A stretch of 37,171 nucleotides of DNA, taken from a virus. The DNA lies in the IMG/VR virus record IMGVR_UViG_3300046103_001182; one strand, written 5' to 3'. A program made the translations under genes and the position numbers. Below, in pieces: positions 10,214-19,261 of the stretch (the first letter of the stretch is position 1; the number at the start of each line of letters is the position of its first letter). The notes below the pieces were generated by a model. That model searched no databases. It had not been told where the DNA came from and saw only the letters and a program-made list of their open reading frames with translations.

Positions 10214-10563
10214 GCCTATCTAAACACTTTAACCGAAAAGAGTTTGCCTGCCGCTGTGGGTGTGGCTTTGACACCGTAGACTCCATGACCCTAGAGGCCC
10301 TAGAGTCCATTAGGCAGCACTTTGACAAGCCCGTCAATGTAACGTCAGGGTGTCGGTGCTTAGTGCATAACAAGGCCGTAGGAGGCTCTGAGAGGTCTCA
10401 GCACACCAAGGGTAGGGCTGCGGATATACAGGTAAAAGGGGTGGAGCCAAGTGCTGTTGCAGACTACGCAACGTCCCTAGGGTTGTCCGTGGGACGCTAC
10501 GACTCCTTTACGCACGTTGACTCCAGATCAGGGCTTGCCGCCCGTTGGGGCTCCCCTGACTGA
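10210..10563 (+). CDS. Zinc D-Ala-D-Ala carboxypeptidase-type peptidoglycan hydrolase (Peptidase_M15_3-like), probable endolysin or virion lysin
   Basis: Motifs SGCRC..HN..VGGSERSQHTKGRAADI and FTHVD match the H-x6-D / H-x-D zinc ligand pattern of the M15 family. Confidence 0.85.
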   Translation: MSLSKHFNRKEFACRCGCGFDTVDSMTLEALESIRQHFDKPVNVTSGCRCLVHNKAVGGSERSQHTKGRAADIQVKGVEPSAVADYATSLGLSVGRYDSFTHVDSRSGLAARWGSPD

Positions 10564-10572
10564 GGAGGTACA

Positions 10573-11415
10573 ATGACCATATTATGTAAAGAAGGCACTG
10601 TGTATGATGGCAAAGGACAGCTTATTGAGGACGAAAAAGTTGCCTTTTCGATCAAAGCCGGTGTCAGCAACGTCACCATAAAAAATTACAAATTCAGAAA
10701 CGTAACCTATGGTGTCCTTGGCAGCAAAGGCGAGGGAGAGTCACGCAACATTATTGTCGAGCATTGTGAGATGCACAACGACCCCGGCTCAGACCCCTTT
10801 GTGGACTACGAAAGCCAGAGGATCACTAAGACAAGCGGCCAAGATACAGGTGCTGGTGTACTGATCTACGGCAACTACGCACTGCATGACACGATTGTAC
10901 GATTCAATGTCTGTACAGGTTTAGCGCGAATAGTCCTCACAGGTAGCGAAGCGCGAAACTGGACAGTATGCAGCAACCGCAGCGATGGAGCAGAAGACAG
11001 CTCAATTTACGTCAAAGGTACACAGTCCCTTGTGACATGGAATCACGTAGTTAATTCTGGCAAGTGCGGCATCAAGACCCGTCCCAATGGCAACCCTAAT
11101 ACTCAGATGGGGGGGCATCGTATAGCGTTCAATTATGTAGAAGAGTTTGGACTGATCAAGCCAGATAGCGGAGCTTGTATCAACATAGCGGTGCCAACAA
11201 TAGTCGAGTACAACACTTGCAAAGTCTTAAAGTTTCCAGCGGCAAAGTCACCAACAGGACACGCTCGTTGCTACAACTACGCCTCGCCTTTCATTATCAG
11301 TAGGCACAATGTAGCGATAACAAAAGATCACCACAGGTTTAGAGCGTGGCAAATTCACGATAAGTCTGTCTTTCTTGATAGCCTTGACGACCAGACCATC
11401 TATAGCGATGACTAA
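10573..11415 (+). CDS. Right-handed parallel beta-helix repeat protein, candidate polysaccharide depolymerase/tailspike-like
   Basis: Recurring turns spaced about 22-25 aa apart: NVTIKNYKFRN, IIVEHCEMHN, TIVRFNVCTG, NWTVCSNRS, SLVTWNHVVNSGKCGI, HRIAFNYVEE, TIVEYNTCKV. GGAGG lies 6 nt upstream of the ATG. Confidence 0.6.
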   Translation: MTILCKEGTVYDGKGQLIEDEKVAFSIKAGVSNVTIKNYKFRNVTYGVLGSKGEGESRNIIVEHCEMHNDPGSDPFVDYESQRITKTSGQDTGAGVLIYGNYALHDTIVRFNVCTGLARIVLTGSEARNWTVCSNRSDGAEDSSIYVKGTQSLVTWNHVVNSGKCGIKTRPNGNPNTQMGGHRIAFNYVEEFGLIKPDSGACINIAVPTIVEYNTCKVLKFPAAKSPTGHARCYNYASPFIISRHNVAITKDHHRFRAWQIHDKSVFLDSLDDQTIYSDD

Positions 11416-11448
11416 TTAGTGCCTATAAGCAAAAAGACCCGCTTGGTG

Positions 11449-11482
11449 GGAAAATAATTAAACCCTAAGATGCTACCTTAGG
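11449..11482 (-). terminator. Rho-independent terminator for the leftward arm
   Basis: On the minus strand, stem CCTAAG / CTTAGG (11477-11482 with 11464-11469) has a 7-nt loop and is followed by GGTTTAATTATTTT. Confidence 0.55.
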
Positions 11483-11489
11483 ACTTTTG

Positions 11490-11529
11490 CCCCCTCTGGA
11501 TTTAAAAAGAGTCCAAAGGGGGTTTTTTT
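11490..11529 (+). terminator. Rho-independent terminator for the rightward arm
   Basis: CCCCCTCTGGA (11490-11500) pairs with TCCAAAGGGGG (11512-11522) with one mismatch, and is followed by TTTTTTT. Confidence 0.8.
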
Positions 11530-13405
11530 ACGCTCCTGTAAACTCGCATGAAGTACCCACACAAGCTAACTCTTGACTGCCTGTAGTGGTGTCTTCAAAC
11601 TCGTACTCTGCTAGGGCTTCCCAGTCAAACACTGGCATTGCTTTTGCAGCCTCATCGTACTCTTCCTTGGTTATCTCTTGATACGGAGCCTGCGTATATA
11701 CATGATCACTGCGTGGTAACAGAGCGATACCTGAGACAATATCAAAGTTATTCCAAAGCCAATCACAAACAGCGAAAAACTCGTCATCAGAATAATAAAC
11801 TGTAATACTAGGCTTATGTTCACACCAATATTCAGAATAGATTTTCCAAAGCTCAAGCTGACCCAGCGCACCCACTTCCTTAGCGCAAACACTCCCGAGT
11901 GGTGAACGGACAGGGAAAGAAAATACCAAAGTTGTACTCTTTGTAACGTCCACTTCGTAAGGAAATCCAGATTCGACCATATACTTAGCCATTGGGTCCT
12001 TAGCGTCTGCCCTAACGGTTCTAATGTAGTATGGGCTAAAGCGAGGATGAATACCAGAGGCGCTGTTGACCAACTGACTAACTGTACCACTAGGCTTAAC
12101 GCAAGTGATAGCAGTAGATTGATTAACTCCCAGACGTTTTGCCCATACCTTGTTTGTTTCAATAGCGACCTCCTTTAGTTTTTTAAGCCAGTGTTTTAGA
12201 ACCTCTGGGTTTGTTCCAGACATTGTTTTATGGTCCATAATCCCCGTTAATGATACCCCCAGCAATGCCTCCTCTTCTGTGTTTTTACGCCAAACAGGGC
12301 GTAGATACCTAAAATCTATGAGAGTGCTTTGTAGAGTGCCAAGTATTGTTGCCTGCCTGACCTTTTCTTTAAGTATCTCAAGAGTATCCTGCGATCTAAC
12401 CACGACCTCTGACAGGTTGCAGAACTGATTAGGTCTAAGTATGATTTCCGAGCAAGGGTTAGTTCCGAACTCATGCTCAGGGTCTCTACGTCCATTCCGC
12501 GCTGCAATAGTTTTAGCTGCCTTACGCGAGAAAACTCCCCTCTCACCGCTTTTGCTTTCATGCAGGCTCCTCATCTCATCTAAAAAGAATTCAAACTCAG
12601 GCTTGTCTGTGTAACAGGCGCTGTTGTTGCTTAAAGCTCTGTGGGGCTCTGTTAACCACCACTGACCGCTTTTGGCACCTCTTAGGCGTCCATCACTAGG
12701 GTTGCTTAAGCTTATCAAAGCAGAGCGTCTTACGCCCCCTACAACGATTACTTCGGCTATCTTACAGCACAGGTCATGGCACTCAAGGGATGAGAGTTTA
12801 CGTCCTGTGGACCCTTGAAAAGTCTCTATGGTGTAGCGGAACAAATCAACCAAGGGCTGGGGTCCAGAAGCGCGACCACCAAAAGTCTTAAGACGCTCAC
12901 CAGAGCCCCTGACTCGGCTTATGTCCCATACAGGCACATGGCCTGCGTAGAGTAAGCTTATAAGCTCTCTAAGAGATTTTGCCCAGCCTATCTTGCTGTC
13001 AGCCACTGTGATAATGGAATCCGTAGCAAACAACTGCTCAGGAACTTCTGGAAGCTTCTGAACGTACTGGCGCTCTACTGAAAATCCTACGCCTGTGCCA
13101 CACAGCAGGATGTACATCAGCTCGTCAAAAGCTCTAGGGTGATCTATAGGTAGGTAAGAACAGTTAAACCCAGCTACGTTATCTCGCTCTAGGGCTTTTC
13201 CTGCGGTCATTAAAGATCGCATAGAGGGCATAACTTCTAAGTTTTCAATAGCACTAAAAAGTTCTTGGGATTCTTTAGGCTTAAGTTTATCCCCCCAAAA
13301 GTCTATGTACCGACTCACGGTTTCAGGCCAATACTCTCGGCGCTTTTCCTCTGGCATCCACCGAGCATACCTGCTACTGGCTATGTATTTGCTGTACTCA
13401 TCCAT
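11528..13405 (-). CDS. Ribonucleotide reductase catalytic subunit, probably class II (adenosylcobalamin-dependent, NrdJ-like)
   Basis: Active-site block NPCSEIILRPNQFCNLSEV and a C-terminal Cys pair CVGTSCEF. It is 625 aa, and I recognise no NrdB-like partner anywhere in the genome; the class is inferred from that. Confidence 0.8.
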   Translation of the reverse strand: MDEYSKYIASSRYARWMPEEKRREYWPETVSRYIDFWGDKLKPKESQELFSAIENLEVMPSMRSLMTAGKALERDNVAGFNCSYLPIDHPRAFDELMYILLCGTGVGFSVERQYVQKLPEVPEQLFATDSIITVADSKIGWAKSLRELISLLYAGHVPVWDISRVRGSGERLKTFGGRASGPQPLVDLFRYTIETFQGSTGRKLSSLECHDLCCKIAEVIVVGGVRRSALISLSNPSDGRLRGAKSGQWWLTEPHRALSNNSACYTDKPEFEFFLDEMRSLHESKSGERGVFSRKAAKTIAARNGRRDPEHEFGTNPCSEIILRPNQFCNLSEVVVRSQDTLEILKEKVRQATILGTLQSTLIDFRYLRPVWRKNTEEEALLGVSLTGIMDHKTMSGTNPEVLKHWLKKLKEVAIETNKVWAKRLGVNQSTAITCVKPSGTVSQLVNSASGIHPRFSPYYIRTVRADAKDPMAKYMVESGFPYEVDVTKSTTLVFSFPVRSPLGSVCAKEVGALGQLELWKIYSEYWCEHKPSITVYYSDDEFFAVCDWLWNNFDIVSGIALLPRSDHVYTQAPYQEITKEEYDEAAKAMPVFDWEALAEYEFEDTTTGSQELACVGTSCEFTGA

Positions 13406-13560
13406 TATTTAGACTCCTTAACTTCTATAGCTTTAAATTCAGAGCCTACGTTAGACTCCATGAAAGACATTACGACAGCCATGTCGTTTGTCATTAGCTC
13501 GTAGCTGTTAGCCGCTACAGCTCCTTTGTTTCCTACCAAATAAACCTTAACTGTTCCCAT
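13405..13560 (-). CDS. 51-aa micro-ORF (MGTVKVYLVGNKGAVAANSYELMTNDMAVVMSFMESNVGSEFKAIEVKESK)
   Basis: Hand translation. It fills the gap between two genes; its start overlaps the upstream stop by 14 nt and its TAA overlaps the RNR ATG (TAATG). It is below the ORF-track cutoff. Confidence 0.5.
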   Translation of the reverse strand: MGTVKVYLVGNKGAVAANSYELMTNDMAVVMSFMESNVGSEFKAIEVKESK

Positions 13561-13864
13561 TGTAGTTCTCCTTTAAAAGCTCTAAGTAATGTATGGCTTT
13601 GTCTAAGTCCTGTACCCCACCCTTGGACATATATCGGCAGATGTACTTTATAGCGTTACCCTCACAAAACCCTAAACTGTTTGCCATGATAAATTCTATC
13701 GGCTGTATGCTCATGTGTTTGTAGTGTTCACCACCTACCTGCACAGTGAGAGGGCTGTCCTCAGGCAACATGCTAACGTAATCTTCTAACGCTATTTCAG
13801 GGTCATACCACCTAGGGCCTACTTGCTCCTCGGGTCCTATCTCATTAAACTTTCTATGTCTCAT
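13547..13864 (-). CDS. DUF3310-family phage protein
   Basis: The signature GGEHYKH..IQPIEFI....GFCEGNAIKYICRY..KGG..DLDKAIHYLELL matches my recollection of the DUF3310 consensus. Confidence 0.75.
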   Translation of the reverse strand: MRHRKFNEIGPEEQVGPRWYDPEIALEDYVSMLPEDSPLTVQVGGEHYKHMSIQPIEFIMANSLGFCEGNAIKYICRYMSKGGVQDLDKAIHYLELLKENYNGNS

Positions 13865-14009
13865 TCTCTAATTCCTCTTCTAGCTGTTCAAACATTTCTA
13901 GTATTCTATCGTCAAACCTTTCTGCAATTTCCCTAGACCCTAGACCAAGTAACTCTACAAGGGCTTCTGGGTCGTACTGGTCTCCCAGCCTCCCTATAAT
14001 TTCCTCCAT
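13854..14009 (-). CDS. 51-aa acidic micro-ORF (MEEIIGRLGDQYDPEALVELLGLGSREIAERFDDRILEMFEQLEEELENET)
   Basis: Hand translation. It fills the 14017-13865 gap and its stop overlaps the downstream ATG by 11 nt. The SD is weak. Confidence 0.45.
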   Translation of the reverse strand: MEEIIGRLGDQYDPEALVELLGLGSREIAERFDDRILEMFEQLEEELENET

Positions 14010-14017
14010 TGTAAGAC

Positions 14018-14389
14018 TCACGGGTAATCACCAGACATAACATAGTCTACAAGGGCCTCAGGGCAGCTAAACCAGTTAAGGTTTTCTTTATTACACCACC
14101 CTGCCATTGTAAGTTCAGCACCCTTGGAAACTTTCTTTAGCGGGGACTGCAAGAGAAAAATAAACTCCATGTCTTCGCTAAGTGAATCCCTGATAGCTTT
14201 ATATTTTTGTCTGTCTCCTGGCCTGAACCAGCCCTTACACTCCACTAGCACATTACCTAGGGTAAAGTCAGGGGTATACTTATGGTTTATTGTGTAGGGG
14301 ATGCTGTAGGGCTCATAGAGGAACCCGTCCCGCTCCAGCACTTCCCCCATCCTCTCTTCAAACCCACTTCGTTTCTTTTTAATGCTCAT
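14018..14389 (-). CDS. T7 endonuclease I-like Holliday junction resolvase
   Basis: YTPDFTLGNVLVECKG matches the PD...E-x-K core of T7 gp3, and the size (123 aa) fits. Confidence 0.85.
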   Translation of the reverse strand: MSIKKKRSGFEERMGEVLERDGFLYEPYSIPYTINHKYTPDFTLGNVLVECKGWFRPGDRQKYKAIRDSLSEDMEFIFLLQSPLKKVSKGAELTMAGWCNKENLNWFSCPEALVDYVMSGDYP

Positions 14390-14390
14390 A

Positions 14391-15257
14391 TTAAAACTCC
14401 TTTGGTATCTCTAGGACTCGGGGCTCTTTGACTATTTTAGTCAACCATTTATGCCTCCCTGCATATCCGAACTCTCTAGCCTCAGGCCAGCAGTTTTCTC
14501 GATAATCGCAGTATGTACATCCCGATGCTAAACGCATATTTCCTGCTGTACCCTCGGGTACGGGCTCGTAACATATTGAGGGTACCTGAGCCGACAGCAC
14601 CATCTCCTTTAAAAAGCGTACTCTTTCTGCTACGTCTTCACTGAGTACCTTAGCATAGGGAGCGTCAGTGTCCTGAGTGTCATACGTTAACAAAGCCAGC
14701 TCTCCTGAGGACTTATCCATAGCCAGCCAAGAGAACTTCTGCTGCTCTAGGGCATAGGCGTAAGCCTGTAGCTGCTTAACGTAGCCAAAGGGGTCATCAT
14801 TGTGCAGGGTGTTGTTCTTGAATTTCTTAAGAGCAAAACCAGAAGCACTCTTTATGTCAACTAATCGACCATCAATGAAGCAATCAATGTGACCCTTGAC
14901 TCCCTCTACCTGCACTTCCTTTTGCTGGTCTGTCACTGAGTGGCCTGACAGCCTTAGCAATGACACTAGCATGGCTTCGGTAAGGTGACCATAGAGGAAC
15001 TTGATGTGCGTAGCCCCCGCTAAGTCTTGCCCAGATACTCCGTTGTAGCTGTTGTAAATCTGTCGGTCTGGCTTCCCTATGTTACTGAGGCGTAAGCGCC
15101 CCGAGCGGTCTTGCTCAGGCCCCATAGCTTCTCGCATAACCTGAGCCATTTCCTCTCCAAAGCGTAAGCACTCTGCCTCTACGTCAATGCCCTCAACCAT
15201 ATCTTTAGTTGATAGTAATTCGTATATGTCAGGTATTGCTCTTTCAATTATTTTCAT
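14391..15257 (-). CDS. PD-(D/E)XK (RecB/Cas4-like) exonuclease with C-terminal Cys cluster
   Basis: GHIDCFIDGRLVDIKS (D..D-x-K), QLQAYAYAL (QxxxY) and CTYCDYRENC (C-x2-C-x5-C, as in the Cas4 Fe-S cluster). Confidence 0.75.
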   Translation of the reverse strand: MKIIERAIPDIYELLSTKDMVEGIDVEAECLRFGEEMAQVMREAMGPEQDRSGRLRLSNIGKPDRQIYNSYNGVSGQDLAGATHIKFLYGHLTEAMLVSLLRLSGHSVTDQQKEVQVEGVKGHIDCFIDGRLVDIKSASGFALKKFKNNTLHNDDPFGYVKQLQAYAYALEQQKFSWLAMDKSSGELALLTYDTQDTDAPYAKVLSEDVAERVRFLKEMVLSAQVPSICYEPVPEGTAGNMRLASGCTYCDYRENCWPEAREFGYAGRHKWLTKIVKEPRVLEIPKEF

Positions 15258-15266
15258 AGTAAACTC

Positions 15267-16991
15267 CTAGTGTACGTCATACCATGTTAAGCCGATTTTG
15301 GCGTTTCCTTTCGTTGGGCACCTAAGATTAAAGTGTTCGCCTGCTGCTTCAAAGGCTTCCTCCATAATCTCAGCTAACCTTGGTGCTTGGTCCTCCCTAA
15401 CCTCTACGTTAATCTCATCGTGGACTACGGACACTTGATTAAAATCAAGACCCTCCTCCTTCGCTTTTGCATAGTACATCACCATGACCTGCTTCATGTA
15501 AACGGCCCCTGCTCCCTGTAGAAGCGTGTTGAGTGCAGCGTGTGCGCTCCTGACTTCTATCTGTCTACCGTCTAATCCTTTGAGGTAACCCTTGGCCGCT
15601 GCCTTTTCCACCCTGTCCCTGAGTGACTTGAGAGCTGGGAGGGAGTCCATGAACCGCTTTTTAGCAGCCGTTCCTGATGCTCTACCTTGTCCAAGAATGC
15701 TACCGATTTTAGCATCCCCCGCTCCGTACAGGAAAGCATAGATAAAAGTCTTCGCCTTATCGCGCGTAGCAATACCAGCCGCACGTTGATTAACTGAATG
15801 TACATCCGTAGCATCGTCCTTACTCCCTTGGTCTACTGTTTTAATGTATGTTTTGTCAGCCATGTAATGAGCTAACATTCTAAGCTCTAAAGCATCTGCG
15901 TCACACCCTACCAGCTTGTAACCCTTAGGCACCGTCCAGCACTGCCGCATCTCTGTACCAAAGGGTTTTCCTGGAGCAGTCACCTGTCCTAGGTTAGGCT
16001 TGCTGTGTGTCATGCGACCCGTTACAGCTCCAGAGGGGTCTACGTGACCGTGTACCCTGTCATTGGAGTCGGCAGCTTCTATCCATGACGCCGCCATAGC
16101 AATGCGCTTCTCTAGCATAAGGTACTCTGCTATCATCTGAGCCTCTGGTATACTAGAGCCCTCCAAAGCACCCTCGTCTACCACAGGCTGTCCTGTAGGC
16201 GTCTTAGACTTAGGCTCCCACCCGAAACGCACAAGGTACTCTCCGATCTGTTTCCTAGAACCTAGATTAAAGTGGGGGAACCTAATTTTAGTAAAACTCC
16301 CGCCAATATCGTCAATACTAAAACCACCAAGACCCACTCTACTAACCGTCCCGTCACACTTAACCTTCGGTACAACCAGCTTCTCCGCGCTCGCCATTGG
16401 TATAAACCTCTCATGTACAGCGTTCTCAACGTCATCTTTTCTCTCCCTTAACTTAGCTACAAGATCAAAACATTTCTTCATATCAAGCGTCCAGCCATGC
16501 TTAATTTGTTCGTCTATCACAGCACTAACCTGCTTCTCTAACAGCGCAGAGGGTTGCTTAAGCTCCTCCTTAACGACAGCGATAAGACGTTCCGTTACTT
16601 CGAGGTCTTGGACGCAGTAGGTTCCCATTTCTGGGGTAAACTTTGTCCAATCACTGTAGACCCCTTTTGGAAAACCAAGGGTTTGCCCCCATACCTTGAG
16701 TGAGTGCCCTCCAATGCGCCTAGGATTCGCTTCCCGTGACATAACAACGCTATCCCTAAGATGAACGTCACTAAAATCAATAGCCCACAAATCCCTAAGA
16801 ATAGGGTAGTCATATCTAAATCCGTTATGTGCATAAACGTGCGCTCCTTTGTGTTTATCTATGTAAGCCTGAAGGTCAGGCCCTGTCATCATAAGCTCAC
16901 CTTCTGGTTCACCAATGACCTTAACACCGCAACACCATATAGTGTCTGGCTTAAGCCCGTTCGTTTCTATGTCTAAAATTAACTCAAGCAC
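15267..16991 (-). CDS. Family A DNA polymerase with 3'-5' exonuclease domain (T7 gp5-like)
   Basis: Exo motifs DIETNGL, HNGFRYDYPIL, YCVQDLEV. Pol motif A DADALELRMLAH, motif B RDKAKTFIYAFLYGAG, motif C VHDEI. The start is GTG at 16991, overlapping the HNH stop. Confidence 0.95.
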   Translation of the reverse strand: MLELILDIETNGLKPDTIWCCGVKVIGEPEGELMMTGPDLQAYIDKHKGAHVYAHNGFRYDYPILRDLWAIDFSDVHLRDSVVMSREANPRRIGGHSLKVWGQTLGFPKGVYSDWTKFTPEMGTYCVQDLEVTERLIAVVKEELKQPSALLEKQVSAVIDEQIKHGWTLDMKKCFDLVAKLRERKDDVENAVHERFIPMASAEKLVVPKVKCDGTVSRVGLGGFSIDDIGGSFTKIRFPHFNLGSRKQIGEYLVRFGWEPKSKTPTGQPVVDEGALEGSSIPEAQMIAEYLMLEKRIAMAASWIEAADSNDRVHGHVDPSGAVTGRMTHSKPNLGQVTAPGKPFGTEMRQCWTVPKGYKLVGCDADALELRMLAHYMADKTYIKTVDQGSKDDATDVHSVNQRAAGIATRDKAKTFIYAFLYGAGDAKIGSILGQGRASGTAAKKRFMDSLPALKSLRDRVEKAAAKGYLKGLDGRQIEVRSAHAALNTLLQGAGAVYMKQVMVMYYAKAKEEGLDFNQVSVVHDEINVEVREDQAPRLAEIMEEAFEAAGEHFNLRCPTKGNAKIGLTWYDVH

Positions 16992-17352
16992 TATGGCACC
17001 TCGGGTGTGTTTTTACTGCGTGACAATTGGAGCAAAGTACCTGACACTTTGCCATTTCTTTTTCTAGGGTTGACCACTTAGCCCCAAGCCTTATCAGCGC
17101 AGAAACACAGTTTAACTTATTAGCTGGGTCAACGTGGTCATAATGTAGCGCGTGAGAGTGCGCGTTATACCCACAATGAGCGCACCCCGCCTCTAGCTTC
17201 ATAAGCCCTACCTTCTTATAAAGGGCTTTCCTCCCAGCATTCGCGCATCCACGACAAAAACTCTGCTTTCCGTCTTTGTTCTTACCGTTCTTGGTGTAAG
17301 AATCTAGGGACTTCCATTCTTTACACGTACTACACCGTTTAGTATCTGTCAC
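16984..17352 (-). CDS. HNH homing-type endonuclease with N-terminal zinc finger
   Basis: CSTC...CRGC plus HYDHVDPANK...CSNCHAVKTH. The GTG start has AGAGG 6 nt upstream. Confidence 0.8.
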   Translation of the reverse strand: MTDTKRCSTCKEWKSLDSYTKNGKNKDGKQSFCRGCANAGRKALYKKVGLMKLEAGCAHCGYNAHSHALHYDHVDPANKLNCVSALIRLGAKWSTLEKEMAKCQVLCSNCHAVKTHPRCHSA

Positions 17353-17353
17353 A

Positions 17354-17596
17354 TTAAACCTCTATGGCTACGTCTGCCCACGATACAAACTCTTCTTGCA
17401 TTTCTTCTATATCATTGAGATTAGTATACCATTCTGCAAAAGCATCGTCAACTTCCTCATCTATGACAATAGAATCTAACGGTGGCTCCGTAAACACTAC
17501 GGTCTGTAATGGGTTGTTACTGTCAGGCATTAAAGCAACAATAGATGAAGCTCTAACGTACACTGGCGAACCTTTAAAACTAAACTGGCATATCAT
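17354..17596 (-). CDS. Small acidic protein, function unknown
   Basis: 80-aa ORF with TAATG coupling to the helicase stop. Confidence 0.6.
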   Translation of the reverse strand: MICQFSFKGSPVYVRASSIVALMPDSNNPLQTVVFTEPPLDSIVIDEEVDDAFAEWYTNLNDIEEMQEEFVSWADVAIEV

Positions 17597-19218
17597 TAGA
17601 ACTCTCCCTTAAAGTCGCTGTCTTCTGGCTCACTGGGCTTTGGTACTTCAACCATACGCCCTGTGTCTCTTGAGTATTTTAGGTAACACGCTGGCCCTGT
17701 TTCTCCTGTGTATCTGTTCTTCAACACACGGATTAGCGTAGTATTTCTCAACTCTTCACTCTCAGCCTGCTGGTCTCTCTCCAAGCCTATCACCATGTCG
17801 CTCAACTGCGCGATAGATTGAGAGCCACGTAGCTCACCTAAGCTTATGCGACCGCCTTCCTCATGGCTGGTGCCGCCTGAGCGTCTAAGGTGACTAATGA
17901 GAAACATGCCTATGTTAAGCTCTGCCACAAGCCGCCTGAGCCTAGTCATAACCTCGTCTATAGCCTTACGCTCGTCACCGTTTTCCTGTGCCGACACAAT
18001 TATAGAAAGGTGATCTAGGACAATGTACTTACAATCATTAGCCTTGACCATGAAGCGTATCTTAGACAACAGGGAGTCCACGGTAGGTGAGTCCCAGTTA
18101 CCATAAAGAAGGTAGCGCCCTGTGCCTAGGGTCTTATCGAAGTAGGGGCGTAGCGACTCCATGTCGGCCTCTTCCTCAAGGTGTAGGGTACGGTTGGCAG
18201 CTATGGACATAATGCCCATGCCTGTGCGCTCTACGGTCTCTTCTAAGGCCAGTACGCCTATGTTGTGTGGGGTAGCCCCGAGCAGGTAATACTCCAGCTC
18301 TCTCACAAACTGAGACTTACCCATACCAGAGCCTGATGTAATAGTGACCAGCTCCTCTCGGATACCTCTGGTCAACACGTTAAGACCCTCCCATGGATAC
18401 GGAATGCTCTTTGTTTTCCTGTACTCTACCAGAGAGCCCCAGAGGTCAGCCCCGTTAACAATACCCTCGGGCGCGTAGTCCCTAGCGTCCCACCATGCCT
18501 TAATAAAATCCCTAGAACCCGCTGACAGTAGGTACTCGTTGGGGTCTTTCTTTGACATCTTTACAATCTTAAGCTTTCCTGGGCTGAAGAGGTCTTGTAC
18601 TTCCTTTATGGCGTCCTTACCTGCCTTGTCACTGTCAAAGCACACAACGATAGTGTCGTAGCCCTCAAGGAATGCAAGCTGGGCCTTAAGCTCCTTGAGG
18701 GCACTAGAGGCCCCGTTTCTAACCGATACCACATCGTACTTTCTCTCGAACATCTGGGACACACTAAGGCAGTCCAGCTCTCCCTCTGTTATCGTAATGT
18801 ACTTTCCGTTACCCCTGCACACCTGTTGCCCAAAGAGCATGGTGTTCGCAGGGGCTCCCGCTGGGCAGTAGAAAGCCTTATCCTCCACCACCCTCGTTTT
18901 GTAGCCTATAACGTCTGCGTTACTGTCAAACCAAGGGTAGTAGTGCTTATCAATTTCCCCCTTGGCGTCAAAGGATACCTTGACCCCGTATTTGTCACAG
19001 GTAGCGCGGTCTATGCCCCTGTCCTTAATGTGACTGAGTGTTGCGTTTTGCATGTTTTGTCCTTGCTTAGGTTCTATAATTACTTTCTCGACTGTCTCTC
19101 CCGAAGACCCTGTGAAGGTCTTGCAAACAAAGCACCACCGAGTACCGTCTGTATACAGCATGTTGCCGTCTGACGAGCCACATGACTCACAGGGTCCCTT
19201 GCTTATGATCTTACCCAT
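17596..19218 (-). CDS. Bifunctional primase-helicase (T7 gp4-like)
   Basis: Zn finger CESCGS...CFVCK; TOPRIM ITEGELDCLS and DSDKAG; Walker A GSGMGKS; Walker B IVLDHLS. The start is placed at ATG 19218 (MGKIISK) behind GAGGAG rather than the track start 19239. Confidence 0.93.
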   Translation of the reverse strand: MGKIISKGPCESCGSSDGNMLYTDGTRWCFVCKTFTGSSGETVEKVIIEPKQGQNMQNATLSHIKDRGIDRATCDKYGVKVSFDAKGEIDKHYYPWFDSNADVIGYKTRVVEDKAFYCPAGAPANTMLFGQQVCRGNGKYITITEGELDCLSVSQMFERKYDVVSVRNGASSALKELKAQLAFLEGYDTIVVCFDSDKAGKDAIKEVQDLFSPGKLKIVKMSKKDPNEYLLSAGSRDFIKAWWDARDYAPEGIVNGADLWGSLVEYRKTKSIPYPWEGLNVLTRGIREELVTITSGSGMGKSQFVRELEYYLLGATPHNIGVLALEETVERTGMGIMSIAANRTLHLEEEADMESLRPYFDKTLGTGRYLLYGNWDSPTVDSLLSKIRFMVKANDCKYIVLDHLSIIVSAQENGDERKAIDEVMTRLRRLVAELNIGMFLISHLRRSGGTSHEEGGRISLGELRGSQSIAQLSDMVIGLERDQQAESEELRNTTLIRVLKNRYTGETGPACYLKYSRDTGRMVEVPKPSEPEDSDFKGEF

Positions 19219-19261
19219 GGTTACTCCTCTTGGAAACATAGGGGCCCTGAGGCCCCTGTTA

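Noticed and set aside
11671-12561. Alternative-frame and antisense ORFs inside the RNR gene (163 aa, 92 aa, 81 aa)
   Set aside because: The RNR frame is supported by active-site motifs along its length. The others have low-complexity, hydrophobic or odd composition and no start signals.
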